57,341 bases of DNA from a virus (Duplodnaviria; Caudoviricetes): positions 1-57,341 of IMG/VR virus record IMGVR_UViG_3300022745_000040, one strand, 5' to 3'. The notes under the pieces were generated by a model. It saw only the letters and a program-made list of their open reading frames with translations. It did no database searches and was not told the origin of the DNA. Positions within the stretch are counted from its first letter, which is position 1. Every line of letters begins with the position of its first letter. Positions 1 to 10,000 of this stretch are shown piece after piece. The position numbers and the translations under genes were made by a program.

Positions 1-5
1 AACCT

Positions 6-21
6 TGGCACATTTTTTGCA
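6..21 (+). promoter_or_regulatory. sigma54-type promoter (-24/-12)
   Basis: TGGCAC-ATTTT-TTGCA, exact consensus spacing. Confidence 0.7.
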
Positions 22-45
22 TCCGGCTAGCAACGCCCGCAGTCG

Positions 46-61
46 TGGCACGGTCCTTGCA
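46..61 (+). promoter_or_regulatory. sigma54-type promoter (-24/-12)
   Basis: TGGCACG-GTCC-TTGCA, full consensus. Confidence 0.78.
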
Positions 62-72
62 AAAAAAAAAAC

Positions 73-101
73 TTGCTTCTCAAGACTAGTCGTGTCATAA
101 T
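73..101 (+). promoter_or_regulatory. Possible sigma70 promoter overlapped by a palindromic site
   Basis: TTGCTT-N17-CATAAT with TGn extension; GTGTCATAATGAGAC (92..106) covers the -10 box. Confidence 0.45.
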
Positions 102-132
102 GAGACTTATCCAAACACGGGGGTTTTAACAC

Positions 133-378
133 ATGATAACGTCTATAAACGAGCTAAAAGACTTTTTACTATGGGCACGGGCGCAAAAGCTTAAGTCTAT
201 TGAAGTCGCTGGAATCAAAGCAGAATTTTCAGAACTTGCACACGTTGAGAGCCTGCCCAACGTACTAGACGAAACTTCGCCCGCTGGCGTCGATAGACCA
301 GCTGCATCGGCTAAACTGGCTGATGGCAACAAAGAAATACCTGAGGAAGAGCAATTACTATACTGGTCTACTCGATAA
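133..378 (+). CDS. Hypothetical protein upstream of the portal
   Basis: 81 aa ORF, first gene of the + strand block. Confidence 0.7.
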   Translation: MITSINELKDFLLWARAQKLKSIEVAGIKAEFSELAHVESLPNVLDETSPAGVDRPAASAKLADGNKEIPEEEQLLYWSTR

Positions 379-400
379 CTTAAAAGGATACTGCAACCAA

Positions 401-949
401 ATGAAAGTATGCACAACTTGCAAAACTGCAAAAGATTTTAGCTGCTTTTCTAGGGCCAAACAAGGCCGGCACGGCCTGCGAGCAGCATGCAAGAGTTGTA
501 CCAGCATTAAGTTTAAAAAGTACAGAGCAGCGCACAAGGAAAAACTTGCTTTGAATTGGGCCAACTGGAAACGTGCCAACTCAGAACATCGGACTGAATA
601 CGTCAGGGTATATTGCGCTAAAAAAAGAACCGAGAACCCCGCGTTCAAACTTGCCACTAACTTAAGAAACAGATTGGCTAAAGCTTTAAAAAAATGCAAG
701 GCCCAAAAGTCGCACGGCACATTTAAACTAGTCAGTTGCACACCAAAAGAGCTTAAGCATTATATAGAGCAGCAGTTCCAAACTGGCATGACTTGGGACA
801 ATTACGGCCAGTGGCACATTGACCACATTAAGCCGCTAACAAGTTTTGATTTAACTAAACAAGAAGAGCAGTTAGCTGCTAACCATTTTACAAACTTACA
901 GCCACTTTGGGCGGCTGACAACATACGAAAAGGAAACAAGTATGTCTAA
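401..949 (+). CDS. HNH endonuclease with N-terminal CxxC zinc finger
   Basis: CTTC...CKSC and NYGQWHIDHIKPL...NHFTNLQPLWAADNIRKG; start placed at the ATG at 401 rather than 323. Confidence 0.85.
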   Translation: MKVCTTCKTAKDFSCFSRAKQGRHGLRAACKSCTSIKFKKYRAAHKEKLALNWANWKRANSEHRTEYVRVYCAKKRTENPAFKLATNLRNRLAKALKKCKAQKSHGTFKLVSCTPKELKHYIEQQFQTGMTWDNYGQWHIDHIKPLTSFDLTKQEEQLAANHFTNLQPLWAADNIRKGNKYV

Positions 950-2819
950 TGACACTAATTTCTCTACATGGGATTCTCAGTGGTTTAAACAAAAGCATGA
1001 CGTAGAAAAAGCTATTTTTGCATATATTAAGAACCTAGACCAGCGTCAGGGATACAGACAAAGCGACAACTTACGCAACATGCGACTCTATGGCAACCAC
1101 GAGTTTCAAGGCATTAATGCTTATAACTATATGCGGACAGAGCAGTCTTACAACGTACAGAACAGAGTCACGCTTAACATCGTTCAATCCATGATTGACA
1201 CAGTCACTTCTAAAATCGGCCAAAACAACCCAAGACCTTACTTCTTGACAGATGACGGCAATTTTTCGCTAAAGCGTAGAGCTGAAAAGCTGAGCAAGTT
1301 TGCCGAAGGCTGCTTTTATGCTACCGACTACTACGACAAGGCCATTCAGGCGTTCCAAGACAGCTGCATCTTTGGCACAGGCGCTGTCAAAATTTACCGC
1401 GACGGCGACGAGATTAAAGCAGAACGCGTTTTCATCGACGAGCTGATGATAGACGATAACGAGTCCTACTACAGCTTGCCTAGACAATTGCACCAACGCA
1501 AGTGGATTCACAAAGACGTGCTGAAAGAAATGTTTCCGGGTTCTAAAGGCGCGATAGATGCTGCAGCCAACGATAGCGGGCGTCAAGATGAGTACAAAGA
1601 CAAACTCGGCGATATGTTGCTGGTCGTAGAATCGTGGCATCTGCCGTCGGGCGAGAAAGCTAAGGATGGTCGCCACACTATTTGCATCAACAACGAGCTG
1701 CTATATGACGGTGACTGGGACAAAGACTACTTTCCGTTCGTCTTCTTTCGCTGGAATTTAAAGCCACTGGGCTTCTGGGGCCAAGGCATTGCTGAGCAGT
1801 TGACCGGCCTTCAGCTAGAGATTAATAAACTGCTTCGAACTATTCAAGTCTCTATGCACTTAGTCAGCGTTCCAAAAATTTTCCTAGAAGCAAGTTCGAA
1901 AGTAGTCACCGCGCACCTTAACAACAAAATCGGCGGCATCATACGTTATGCTGGCACCGCACCGACGGAAGGCAAGCTTGGCTCTATACCGACCGAGTTA
2001 TTCACGCACGTAGACCGACTATACCAGCGAGCGTTCGAAATTGTCGGCGTCAGCCAAATGTCCGCACAAAGTCAAAAGCCAGCTGGCCTAGATTCCGGCA
2101 AAGCTTTGCGCACCTACAACGAAATAGAATCAGAGCGTTTTAAGGCCGTTTCTAAAAGATATGAAAAGACCTACCTAGACGCGGCTGAAATAATGATAGA
2201 CATTGCTAAAGACATTGCAGCAGATACCGGCAATTTTTCGGTGCAAGTTCCTGGCAGCGGCTTTCTCAAGACTATAAACTGGGAAGACGTTAACATGGAA
2301 GAAGACCAATACATTATGCAAGTTTTTCCAGCGTCTGCTCTTTCTCAAACGCCCGCAGCCAGATTGCAAGAAGTTCAAGAACTTATGCAGGCCGGCCTTG
2401 TTTCTAAAGAAGATGGCATGAAGCTGCTAGACTTTCCAGATTTAAAAGCGTATTACAATATGGCCAACGCGGGTGCGGAAGACATTGAACGCCAAATTGA
2501 GCTGATGATGGACACCGGCGAGTATGAAACGCCCGAGCCCTTCCAAAACCTGCAGTATGGTATTGTCAAAATGCAGCAGGCTTATCTAATGTACAGGTCG
2601 CAAAAAGCGCCGGAAGAAAATTTAGAACTGCTAAGACGCTGGATTTCTGACGCTAAAAACTTGCTGGACCAAGCTAACCAGGAAGCCCAAAACAGCGTTG
2701 CGCAAGCGCAGGCAGCCGCTAATCCCGTTGCTGGCGCTCCCGCACAGACAGGCGTTCCAGCAGCGCCGCCAACGTCTGACATGCAGGCACTACCGACCGC
2801 AGGAGCCCCCGTAGCCTAG
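942..2819 (+). CDS. Portal (head-tail connector) protein
   Basis: 625 aa, position before scaffold and capsid, P22-like portal features (YFPFVFF..WG.GIAE.L..LQ.EINK), Ala/Pro/Gln-rich C-terminus. Confidence 0.85.
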   Translation: MSNDTNFSTWDSQWFKQKHDVEKAIFAYIKNLDQRQGYRQSDNLRNMRLYGNHEFQGINAYNYMRTEQSYNVQNRVTLNIVQSMIDTVTSKIGQNNPRPYFLTDDGNFSLKRRAEKLSKFAEGCFYATDYYDKAIQAFQDSCIFGTGAVKIYRDGDEIKAERVFIDELMIDDNESYYSLPRQLHQRKWIHKDVLKEMFPGSKGAIDAAANDSGRQDEYKDKLGDMLLVVESWHLPSGEKAKDGRHTICINNELLYDGDWDKDYFPFVFFRWNLKPLGFWGQGIAEQLTGLQLEINKLLRTIQVSMHLVSVPKIFLEASSKVVTAHLNNKIGGIIRYAGTAPTEGKLGSIPTELFTHVDRLYQRAFEIVGVSQMSAQSQKPAGLDSGKALRTYNEIESERFKAVSKRYEKTYLDAAEIMIDIAKDIAADTGNFSVQVPGSGFLKTINWEDVNMEEDQYIMQVFPASALSQTPAARLQEVQELMQAGLVSKEDGMKLLDFPDLKAYYNMANAGAEDIERQIELMMDTGEYETPEPFQNLQYGIVKMQQAYLMYRSQKAPEENLELLRRWISDAKNLLDQANQEAQNSVAQAQAAANPVAGAPAQTGVPAAPPTSDMQALPTAGAPVA

Positions 2820-2821
2820 GC

Positions 2822-2843
2822 CAAACGCTTACGTTTCAATAGC
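2822..2843 (+). promoter_or_regulatory. Putative phage late-promoter motif
   Basis: CAAACG-N10-AATAGC; similar copies lie before other late genes. Confidence 0.55.
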
Positions 2844-2895
2844 TTGACCATGAAGGTCTCGCAGGCGTAAGCCTAACTAGCAACGAGGTATTAAA

Positions 2896-3807
2896 ATGTC
2901 AGAAGTATCTACACCCACCGCACCTATTTCAGCTGCCGAAACAAGCTCAGACAGTGCCGCAGAATTTAGCCCAGAAGTGATGGCTAAGCTCACAGGCGAG
3001 GCTGGCGAGACTACGGAAGCCAAAACTGAAGAAGCATCTGAAGGTAAGAAGGACTTTTTAGCCCCAAAATTTGCAGCGTTGACGCGCAAGCAAAAAGAAA
3101 TCAGGGCTTACGAACAAAGTGTGCGAGCGAAAGAAGCTGAGTTAAACAAAAGACTAGCAGAACTTGAGGGCAAGTCTAAAGATACTGAAGGCAAGTTGAA
3201 GACCTTTGAGCAAGCGTTTAAGGAAAATCCGCTAAAAGCTCTTAAAGAACGCGGCATTACAATGGAACAGCTCATTGAAATGCAGATGAACGACGAAAAT
3301 CCGACCGTTGACATGAAAATGAAGCGGCTGCAGGAAGAAATCGAGTCTAAAGCTCTTAGTAAAATTGAAGAGCTAGAGAAAAAGCTGAGAGAAAAAGAAG
3401 AAATGGAAGCAAATCAGCGTTATGAGCAAGCTGTAAACGGTTATAAAGCTGAAATCGGCAATTTTGTAAAGCAGAACGCCGACACTTACGAGCTTATTGC
3501 CGCGAATGGTGCGACCGACCTAATGTTCGAAGTCGCAGAAAACTTTTATCAACAGAATAAAACCGTCCCTGACATTAAAGAAGTCGCGGATGCAGTGGAA
3601 GCCCACTTAGAAGAAGAAGCGAAAAAAATATTCGAGCTAAAGAAGTTTAAGCAAACTTCACAACCTAAACCGCAAGCTACAAAGACAGCGCCAACCCTGT
3701 CGAATACGTCCGCAGCCAACGTACCAAGCAATGGCAGCCGCAAGTTATCAGCAGAGGAAAGTCTTCGCGAAGCAGCAAAGCTAATTCGCTGGGACGATGG
3801 TCAATAG
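2896..3807 (+). CDS. Capsid scaffolding protein
   Basis: Charged coiled-coil protein between portal and capsid, with a flexible Thr/Pro linker before a C-terminal helix. Confidence 0.75.
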   Translation: MSEVSTPTAPISAAETSSDSAAEFSPEVMAKLTGEAGETTEAKTEEASEGKKDFLAPKFAALTRKQKEIRAYEQSVRAKEAELNKRLAELEGKSKDTEGKLKTFEQAFKENPLKALKERGITMEQLIEMQMNDENPTVDMKMKRLQEEIESKALSKIEELEKKLREKEEMEANQRYEQAVNGYKAEIGNFVKQNADTYELIAANGATDLMFEVAENFYQQNKTVPDIKEVADAVEAHLEEEAKKIFELKKFKQTSQPKPQATKTAPTLSNTSAANVPSNGSRKLSAEESLREAAKLIRWDDGQ

Positions 3808-3920
3808 CCTATCTGCCAAACGCAACGGTTTAGAAAATATTAACAATAACGCGGCAAAACCGCAACTAACCCGGAAATCAGCCCACAGAGGCCCCATCCG
3901 GTACACAAAGGACACACATT

Positions 3921-5126
3921 ATGGCTCTCGATTTAACATCATTCGCATCGGCGCTTAAAGTACACTATACTAGCGACCGAGTTGAAAACATGGTTTACCA
4001 GGACAATCCCCTTTTGGCTCTTATGTCAAAGTATGAGCAATTCGGCGGAAAAAACCTGCCAATTCCAATAATCTATGGAAACCCACAAGGTCGTTCAGCG
4101 ACTTTCAGCACTGCTCAGTCTAACAAGACTAACAGCCAGTTGAAGGATTTCGTTCTTACTCGTGCTAGAGACTACTCTCTTGCATCAATTGACAACGAGA
4201 CCCTCGAAGCTTCTAAAGGCAATGCAAACGCGTTTCTTGAGGCTGCTACTACTGAGATTGACGGCGCTATCCACTCAGCTGCCCGTTCACTTGCAGTTGC
4301 TATGTACAGAAAAGGTTCTGGCTCAATCGGTCAAATCGCTTCTGGACAAGGAACTACTACTGTAACTTTGGCTGACGTAGAGTCTGTTACTAACTTCGAA
4401 AAAGGAATGACTGTTGTTGTTTCTTCTGCTGACGGCGGCGGGTCTGTAAAGTCTGGTTCTGCACAAATCACTGGCGTTGACCGTGACTTGGGAACTATCA
4501 GCTTTGCTAACGCTTTGTCTTCTAGCATTGCTACTGTTGCAGCTAACGACTACCTTTTCGTACAAGGTGACTATGACGCTAAGATTAAAGGTCTCCAAGC
4601 TTGGTTGCCAGATACTGCTCCAACTTCAGGCGATTCTTTCTTCTCAGTTGACCGTTCTTCTGACGCTACTCGATTGGCTGGTATCCGTTTCGACGGTTCT
4701 GCAATGCCTATCGAAGAAGCGCTTATTTCTGCAGCTAGCCGTGTAGCTCGTGAAGGTGGAAAACCTACTCACTGCTTCATGTCTTACAGCAAATACGCTG
4801 ACCTTGAAAAAGCTTTGGGAAGCAAAATCCAATACATCGACATGAAAGTAAACGCTGAAATCATGTTCCGAGGTATTCAGATTAACGGACCTCGTGGACC
4901 AATTAAAGTTGTTCCTGACCAAAACTGCCCTAATGACCGTGCTTTCATGCTTGAAATGGACGTATGGAAATTGTACAGCTTGGGTAAAGCGCCTAAAATC
5001 CTGGATACAGATGGACTTAAGATGCTTCGTGATAGCAACGCCGACTCAGTAGAAGTCCGTGTTGGTTATTACGCGCAGCTTGGGTGCAGGGCACCCGGCA
5101 GAAATGCTAATATCAAACTTGCTTAA
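3921..5126 (+). CDS. Major capsid protein
   Basis: 401 aa, strongly biased codons (GCT/ACT/TCT) typical of high expression, follows the scaffold, followed by a terminator. Confidence 0.88.
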   Translation: MALDLTSFASALKVHYTSDRVENMVYQDNPLLALMSKYEQFGGKNLPIPIIYGNPQGRSATFSTAQSNKTNSQLKDFVLTRARDYSLASIDNETLEASKGNANAFLEAATTEIDGAIHSAARSLAVAMYRKGSGSIGQIASGQGTTTVTLADVESVTNFEKGMTVVVSSADGGGSVKSGSAQITGVDRDLGTISFANALSSSIATVAANDYLFVQGDYDAKIKGLQAWLPDTAPTSGDSFFSVDRSSDATRLAGIRFDGSAMPIEEALISAASRVAREGGKPTHCFMSYSKYADLEKALGSKIQYIDMKVNAEIMFRGIQINGPRGPIKVVPDQNCPNDRAFMLEMDVWKLYSLGKAPKILDTDGLKMLRDSNADSVEVRVGYYAQLGCRAPGRNANIKLA

Positions 5127-5150
5127 TTAATTTAAAGCAATAATAGCCTA

Positions 5151-5181
5151 AAGGCCCTGGGGAAACCTGGGGCTTTTTTTT
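5151..5181 (+). terminator. Rho-independent terminator
   Basis: GCCCTGGG-GAAA-CCTGGGGC stem-loop followed by a T-run. Confidence 0.85.
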
Positions 5182-5189
5182 GCCTAAAA

Positions 5190-5211
5190 CAAACGGCAGG
5201 GCTGCTATAGA
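5190..5211 (+). promoter_or_regulatory. Putative phage late-promoter motif
   Basis: CAAACG-N10-TATAGA directly after the capsid terminator. Confidence 0.55.
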
Positions 5212-5265
5212 AGCAATAACGCTTCCCTCATGTTGCCCTTAATATTAGGGTTTTAGGAGTTTTAA

Positions 5266-5637
5266 ATGGCCAACAAATACCTCAACCAATTTCTTACCAC
5301 ACGAAAAAAAGGCATTGTAATCGAAGCCGGCACAATCAGCCTGTCTTCTGCAGGTGCAGTTCTTTCTACAACGCTTTCAGACCTTGTATCGTCTGTTACA
5401 CACTCTGCTACCGGCGAATACACGCTCACTTTGGCCGATAAATGGGTAGGCTGCCAATCTGTCCAATTGACTATGGAAAGCTCTTTGGCTACTGTAGACG
5501 CATTTATTTCGTCTGTAGACGTTACATCTGCAAAACAAATTGTAGTCTGCACATCACTTTCTAGTGTTAAAGCAGACGTTACCGCTGCATCAAAAATCCA
5601 CGTTCTAATCGTGCTTAAAAACTCTACAGCTAGATAG
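5266..5637 (+). CDS. Putative virion (decoration) protein
   Basis: 123 aa, beta-rich and Ser/Thr-rich, AGGAG RBS, follows the capsid gene. Confidence 0.6.
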   Translation: MANKYLNQFLTTRKKGIVIEAGTISLSSAGAVLSTTLSDLVSSVTHSATGEYTLTLADKWVGCQSVQLTMESSLATVDAFISSVDVTSAKQIVVCTSLSSVKADVTAASKIHVLIVLKNSTAR

Positions 5638-5645
5638 GACTTAAT

Positions 5646-5918
5646 ATGTTAATGCGAGATGATAAAAAGAAAATGGCCACTATTATCATGGCCAAAATGG
5701 GTAAAAAGCCCGAAGAGCAAGAAGTTCCGCAGTCTGAAGACGGCGCCGAGCAAGACGATTCTACCGCGCTTAAAACCGCTGGAGAAGAGTTTTTGCAGGC
5801 TATCGAGTCTAAAAGCCCGCTTGCAGTGGCAGAAGCGCTTAAAGCTCTTATCGAGCTTTGCGAATCACCTGAGCAGGAAGCTGCTGAACACGAGCAAGAG
5901 CCCGAAGAACAACCTTAA
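5646..5918 (+). CDS. Hypothetical acidic protein
   Basis: 90 aa with AGGA RBS. Confidence 0.7.
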   Translation: MLMRDDKKKMATIIMAKMGKKPEEQEVPQSEDGAEQDDSTALKTAGEEFLQAIESKSPLAVAEALKALIELCESPEQEAAEHEQEPEEQP

Positions 5919-5943
5919 TTTTAACAGGCCCTATCGGTCTCAC

Positions 5944-6025
5944 GTACCGTTTAGGGTCTACTTTTTTCATACCTTATTGGGTATAAAATCAGCGCTCGTA
6001 GCTCATTTCGTACCTTTTAGGGTAT
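5944..6025. repeat. Three short imperfect inverted repeats TACC-N5-GGGT
   Basis: GTACCGTTTAGGGT (5944), ATACCTTATTGGGTAT (5969), GTACCTTTTAGGGTAT (6010). Confidence 0.7.
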
Positions 6026-6039
6026 ATTTAGGTGCTTAA

Positions 6040-6720
6040 ATGATTACTTTACTTGAACTCCGTAATAGGGCTAGACAAAGGTCTGATATGGAGACTTCAG
6101 ATTTTGTGTCGGATGCCGAGCTTAATGGCTACATCAATAGCTCTATTGCGGAGCTTCATGATTTGCTAGTCTCTGCCTACGGGTCCGACTACTTTCTTTC
6201 AGATTACAGCTTTACCACGTCTTTAGGCACTAACGACTATAGTTTGCCGTCGGACTTTTATAAAATGAAGGGTCTCGACGTTAATATTCAGGGTAACAAC
6301 TGGTTCAGCGTTCGACCATTTAACTTTAACGAGCGTAATAGAAACCAGGACCTGACTTGGGGTTTGCTGCTAGGTCCATCTATTCGTTATCGCCTAATGG
6401 GCAGCAAGATTAAGTTTTCGCCAGCTCCAGACTCGTCGTACAACGCTCGGTTGTGGTATGTGCCCAAGGCTGCAGTTTTGACGGCAGACACAGACCAGTA
6501 TGATGATTTAAACCAGTATGCGGAGTATGTAATCGTTGACGCGGCTATAAAAATGCTGCAGAAGGAAGAGTCAGACGTCAGCGTTCTAATGGCGCAGAAA
6601 CAAGCGTTGAAAAAACGCCTGGAAGAAATGGCCGACAACCGCGATGCGGGGCAGCCAGAGACTATCAGCGATATTTACGCCGAAAATAATGAGTACTGGT
6701 TTTGGCGGAGTTCTAACTAA
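6040..6720 (+). CDS. Head-tail adaptor protein
   Basis: TL.ELR...R.R.D...FVSDAEL..YIN N-terminus, Y.LP.DF and I.F.P.PD motifs typical of podovirus adaptors. Confidence 0.72.
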   Translation: MITLLELRNRARQRSDMETSDFVSDAELNGYINSSIAELHDLLVSAYGSDYFLSDYSFTTSLGTNDYSLPSDFYKMKGLDVNIQGNNWFSVRPFNFNERNRNQDLTWGLLLGPSIRYRLMGSKIKFSPAPDSSYNARLWYVPKAAVLTADTDQYDDLNQYAEYVIVDAAIKMLQKEESDVSVLMAQKQALKKRLEEMADNRDAGQPETISDIYAENNEYWFWRSSN

Positions 6721-7022
6721 TGGCACAGCCGCGTAGTCTACGCAAGATTAATACAAACGACGTAACGTTGCAGCTTATTCAAGAAAACGTTGATGCGGCT
6801 TTGCGTACACTGTCAACTCCGCTGCAGAACGGAGTGCTAATTACCGGCATTACTTTGACAACCAACGATACAAAAGTATCTCACAAACTTGGCAGAATAC
6901 CAGTTGGTTATATCGTCGTAAAGCGGTCCACGGCAGCTACAGTATTTGACACCGCGCTAACAGACACATTTTTAACATTAAAAGCTACTACACCCACAAT
7001 AGTTTCTATTTGGGTTTTTTAA
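6720..7022 (+). CDS. Small virion protein
   Basis: 100 aa with an H.LGR.P.GY motif seen in small phage structural proteins. Confidence 0.6.
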   Translation: MAQPRSLRKINTNDVTLQLIQENVDAALRTLSTPLQNGVLITGITLTTNDTKVSHKLGRIPVGYIVVKRSTAATVFDTALTDTFLTLKATTPTIVSIWVF

Positions 7023-7079
7023 ACTAAACAACGACCGCGATAAGTCGTAAACTTTGAGAGCAATCGTAAAGGAGTTTAC

Positions 7080-10000
7080 ATGGCCCTTCAAAAACAGACC
7101 GTCCGCATGTCTATAGTAGACGGTCTTGACACAAAAACAGACGAAAAAAACGTAATACCTACGCGTTTTTTAGAAGCTGACAACGTTGTTTATACCAGAA
7201 CAGGGTCAGTTTCTAAGCGGTACGGATACGTACCAAAACCCACAAACATTTACCCGACGTCCTCTATTAATGTGGCCGGAGCAGCGCTGTCTACTTTTAA
7301 AAATGAGCTGCTACAGTATAACAATGGCAATTTATACACATACGGAGAAGGCGTTTCTAAGTGGTCCAATAAAGGCGCATACCCATCCGTAGCTATTTCT
7401 GAAAAAGTTATAAAATCGCAAGACACGTACTTGGGAAACCCAGACATTGCTGTCGGCAACGGGATAAAGTGTATTGTTTATAATTCTGTTGCACAATTTA
7501 GAGACGCGGCTACAGATTCGATATTGTCAGAAATAAACCTTGGCGGAGACGTGGCCAAAGTTAACTTTTTTAACAATAATTTTGTTGTTACATATACGGC
7601 CAATAATGGTGGCTGGAGAGTTTACACTTCTTGGATTTCTGCGTCTGACGTGTCTACAATTGCGGGAACTCTGCTTTTATATATAGAGCCGTTTGGCACA
7701 GGCGCGTTACTATATCTAGATACCGCAATATCAAACAATGTTCTTGGCGTAACTTTTTACGCTTCTGATGAAAATAGGATTTTTTGCGTTGGCGTATCTT
7801 CATCTTTTACAAAACTGTTTCAATCTGTTGCGTGGGACAATGCAGCAGGGGAAGTAACGTACTTTCCTAGTATTAATGCAGAAAATAATAAATTTAGAAT
7901 AATATATACAAGAAAACAAGTGTCAGGCATCCCTTCGTTTGAAACTGTACTTGTTACTACCTCTGGTTCTGTGTCTTCTAATTACACAATAGCAGGCTAT
8001 ACATCTTTAACTGTTACCTCGGCATATCCGGGGATTGCTCGTGCAGTTGGCAATACGTCTCCAAGCGACAGCACTAAAACAATCGTTTTTGCAGAATATG
8101 TTATAGCTGAAAGCACCACTGGCGGAGCCTGTCTAGACACGTTCGCATTGTCAGGCAATAACACAGTTTCGGCAGTTTCTACAATTGCGCACGGCTACCA
8201 CATTATCAGCAAAGCTATAAACGTAGGAGGAACGCTGCAATTTTGTGTTACCCCGAGAAAGTATGTGCGCTCTGCCGCATCTAGTTTTGTGCGAACAGAC
8301 AGTGCATACTTAATGGATGCCGCCGGCAACATAAAGGCACGAGCATTTGTCGATTCTGTTGTATATAATGATGACGGTACGTTGGGCGGAGTTGATTATA
8401 AGCAACTTCCAGCAATGGTTTCTGTCAACGGAAAATATGCAACTGTGGCTGTCCTTGTAAACGACGTAGTTACGGCACAAACAGCGTTCAACGGAAATAC
8501 AGTAAACACAAAAATTTCTGAAGTGGATTTTGATTTTTCAACTGCGGCTAACTTTTTTGACGTGGAAATGCTCAACAACTTGCACACTTCTGGCAGCATT
8601 ACAATGATGTACGATGGTCAGCAAATAGTTGAGCATAATTTTTTACAAGCACCACAAACTTGCTCTATGCCTACTACTACGTCAGCGACGCTAATTCAAA
8701 ATTCTGACGCAACTTTAACCGCCTCAATCAACACAACCTCGGGAATTACTACTACCGGAGGCTCTTATAGCTACGCAGCTGTGTGGTCATGGACTGACTC
8801 GCAAGGTAATTTACATCGCAGCTACCCAACGTTCTTGCCGCCTATAGCTCTTACAGCAACAAGCGGCAGCAATAAATGGCAAGTTGCTATTAATATTCAG
8901 CCGCTGCAGCCCACCTTTAAGTCTACGGTAGTACTGGAGATTTATCGAACAGAACTAAACGGGACGACGTACTATAAAACTAGCGGACTTTCCGGTTACG
9001 CAAGAAATACTAATTTTAAAAATTATCCGTATATTACAGTAATAGACGCTACGCCGGACGCAACACTAATATCAAAAGAAACTCTATACAACACTGGCGG
9101 CATTTTAGAAAATGAGGCAGCGCTACCAAACGTATTTATGGCACCATACAAAGGCCGCATATTTACTATACTGTCGGACAGAAAAACGCTGCAATATTCA
9201 AAAGCAAATGGGCAGGGGGAACCTGTAGAGTTTAACTCAGCACTCACAGTGCAGTTGGACCAATACGGCGGTGATGCGGTAGCGCTTGGGGTTATTGACG
9301 ATAACCTTATAGTGCTAAAAGAAGAAGCAATATTTGTAGAAAATGGCGAAGGTCCGCTTAACACTGGCGAACAAAATGATTACCGTAGGCCAGCGCTTAT
9401 TACTACAGATGTAGGCTGCAACAATCCCAATAGCGTTGTAAGAACGCCGGATGGGCTTATGTTTTCAACAAATAAGGGAATATACCTTTTAAACAGAAGC
9501 ATGACGGTTAACTACATTGGCGCGCCTGTGGAAGTGTATAAAAATTTAAATATAACGTCAGCAACACTGTTAGAAAGCACTAACCAAGTGCGGTTTACAA
9601 CAGCAGAAGGCACAGCTTTAGTATACGACTACTTGCACCGTAGGTGGGCAACATTCAGCAATATATTGGCAGCAGACGCGGTAATGTATAGTGGCATGTT
9701 TACGTATTTACGCAACAATACGGCAGAGACGTGGGTAGAAACTAAAGATGTTTACACTGATAACGGTGCGTTTATACCAATGAAACTAACGTCTGCTTGG
9801 ATTGCTTTTGGCGGCAATTCTAGCACCGGCGATATGGTACAAGGCATTCAAGGGTTTGAGCGCTTTTATAAAATGCTACTGCTCGGTACGTATAAAAGTA
9901 CTTGCAACTTTAAAGTCAGCATGGGCTACGACTACGACATTAACTATACTACTTCAGTCACAGTCACGGCTGGTAGCATTTTAGGGACGCCTGTTACAAC

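Larger units (their letters stand above)
1..188. repeat. Terminal direct repeat / circular overlap, left copy
   Basis: 1..188 is identical to 57155..57341 except that the A-run has 11 A here (61..71) and 10 A in the right copy. Confidence 0.97.

Noticed and set aside
5659-6039. 126-aa alternative-frame ORF
   Set aside because: It overlaps the better-supported 5646..5918 gene, has no ATG start and runs through the repeat region
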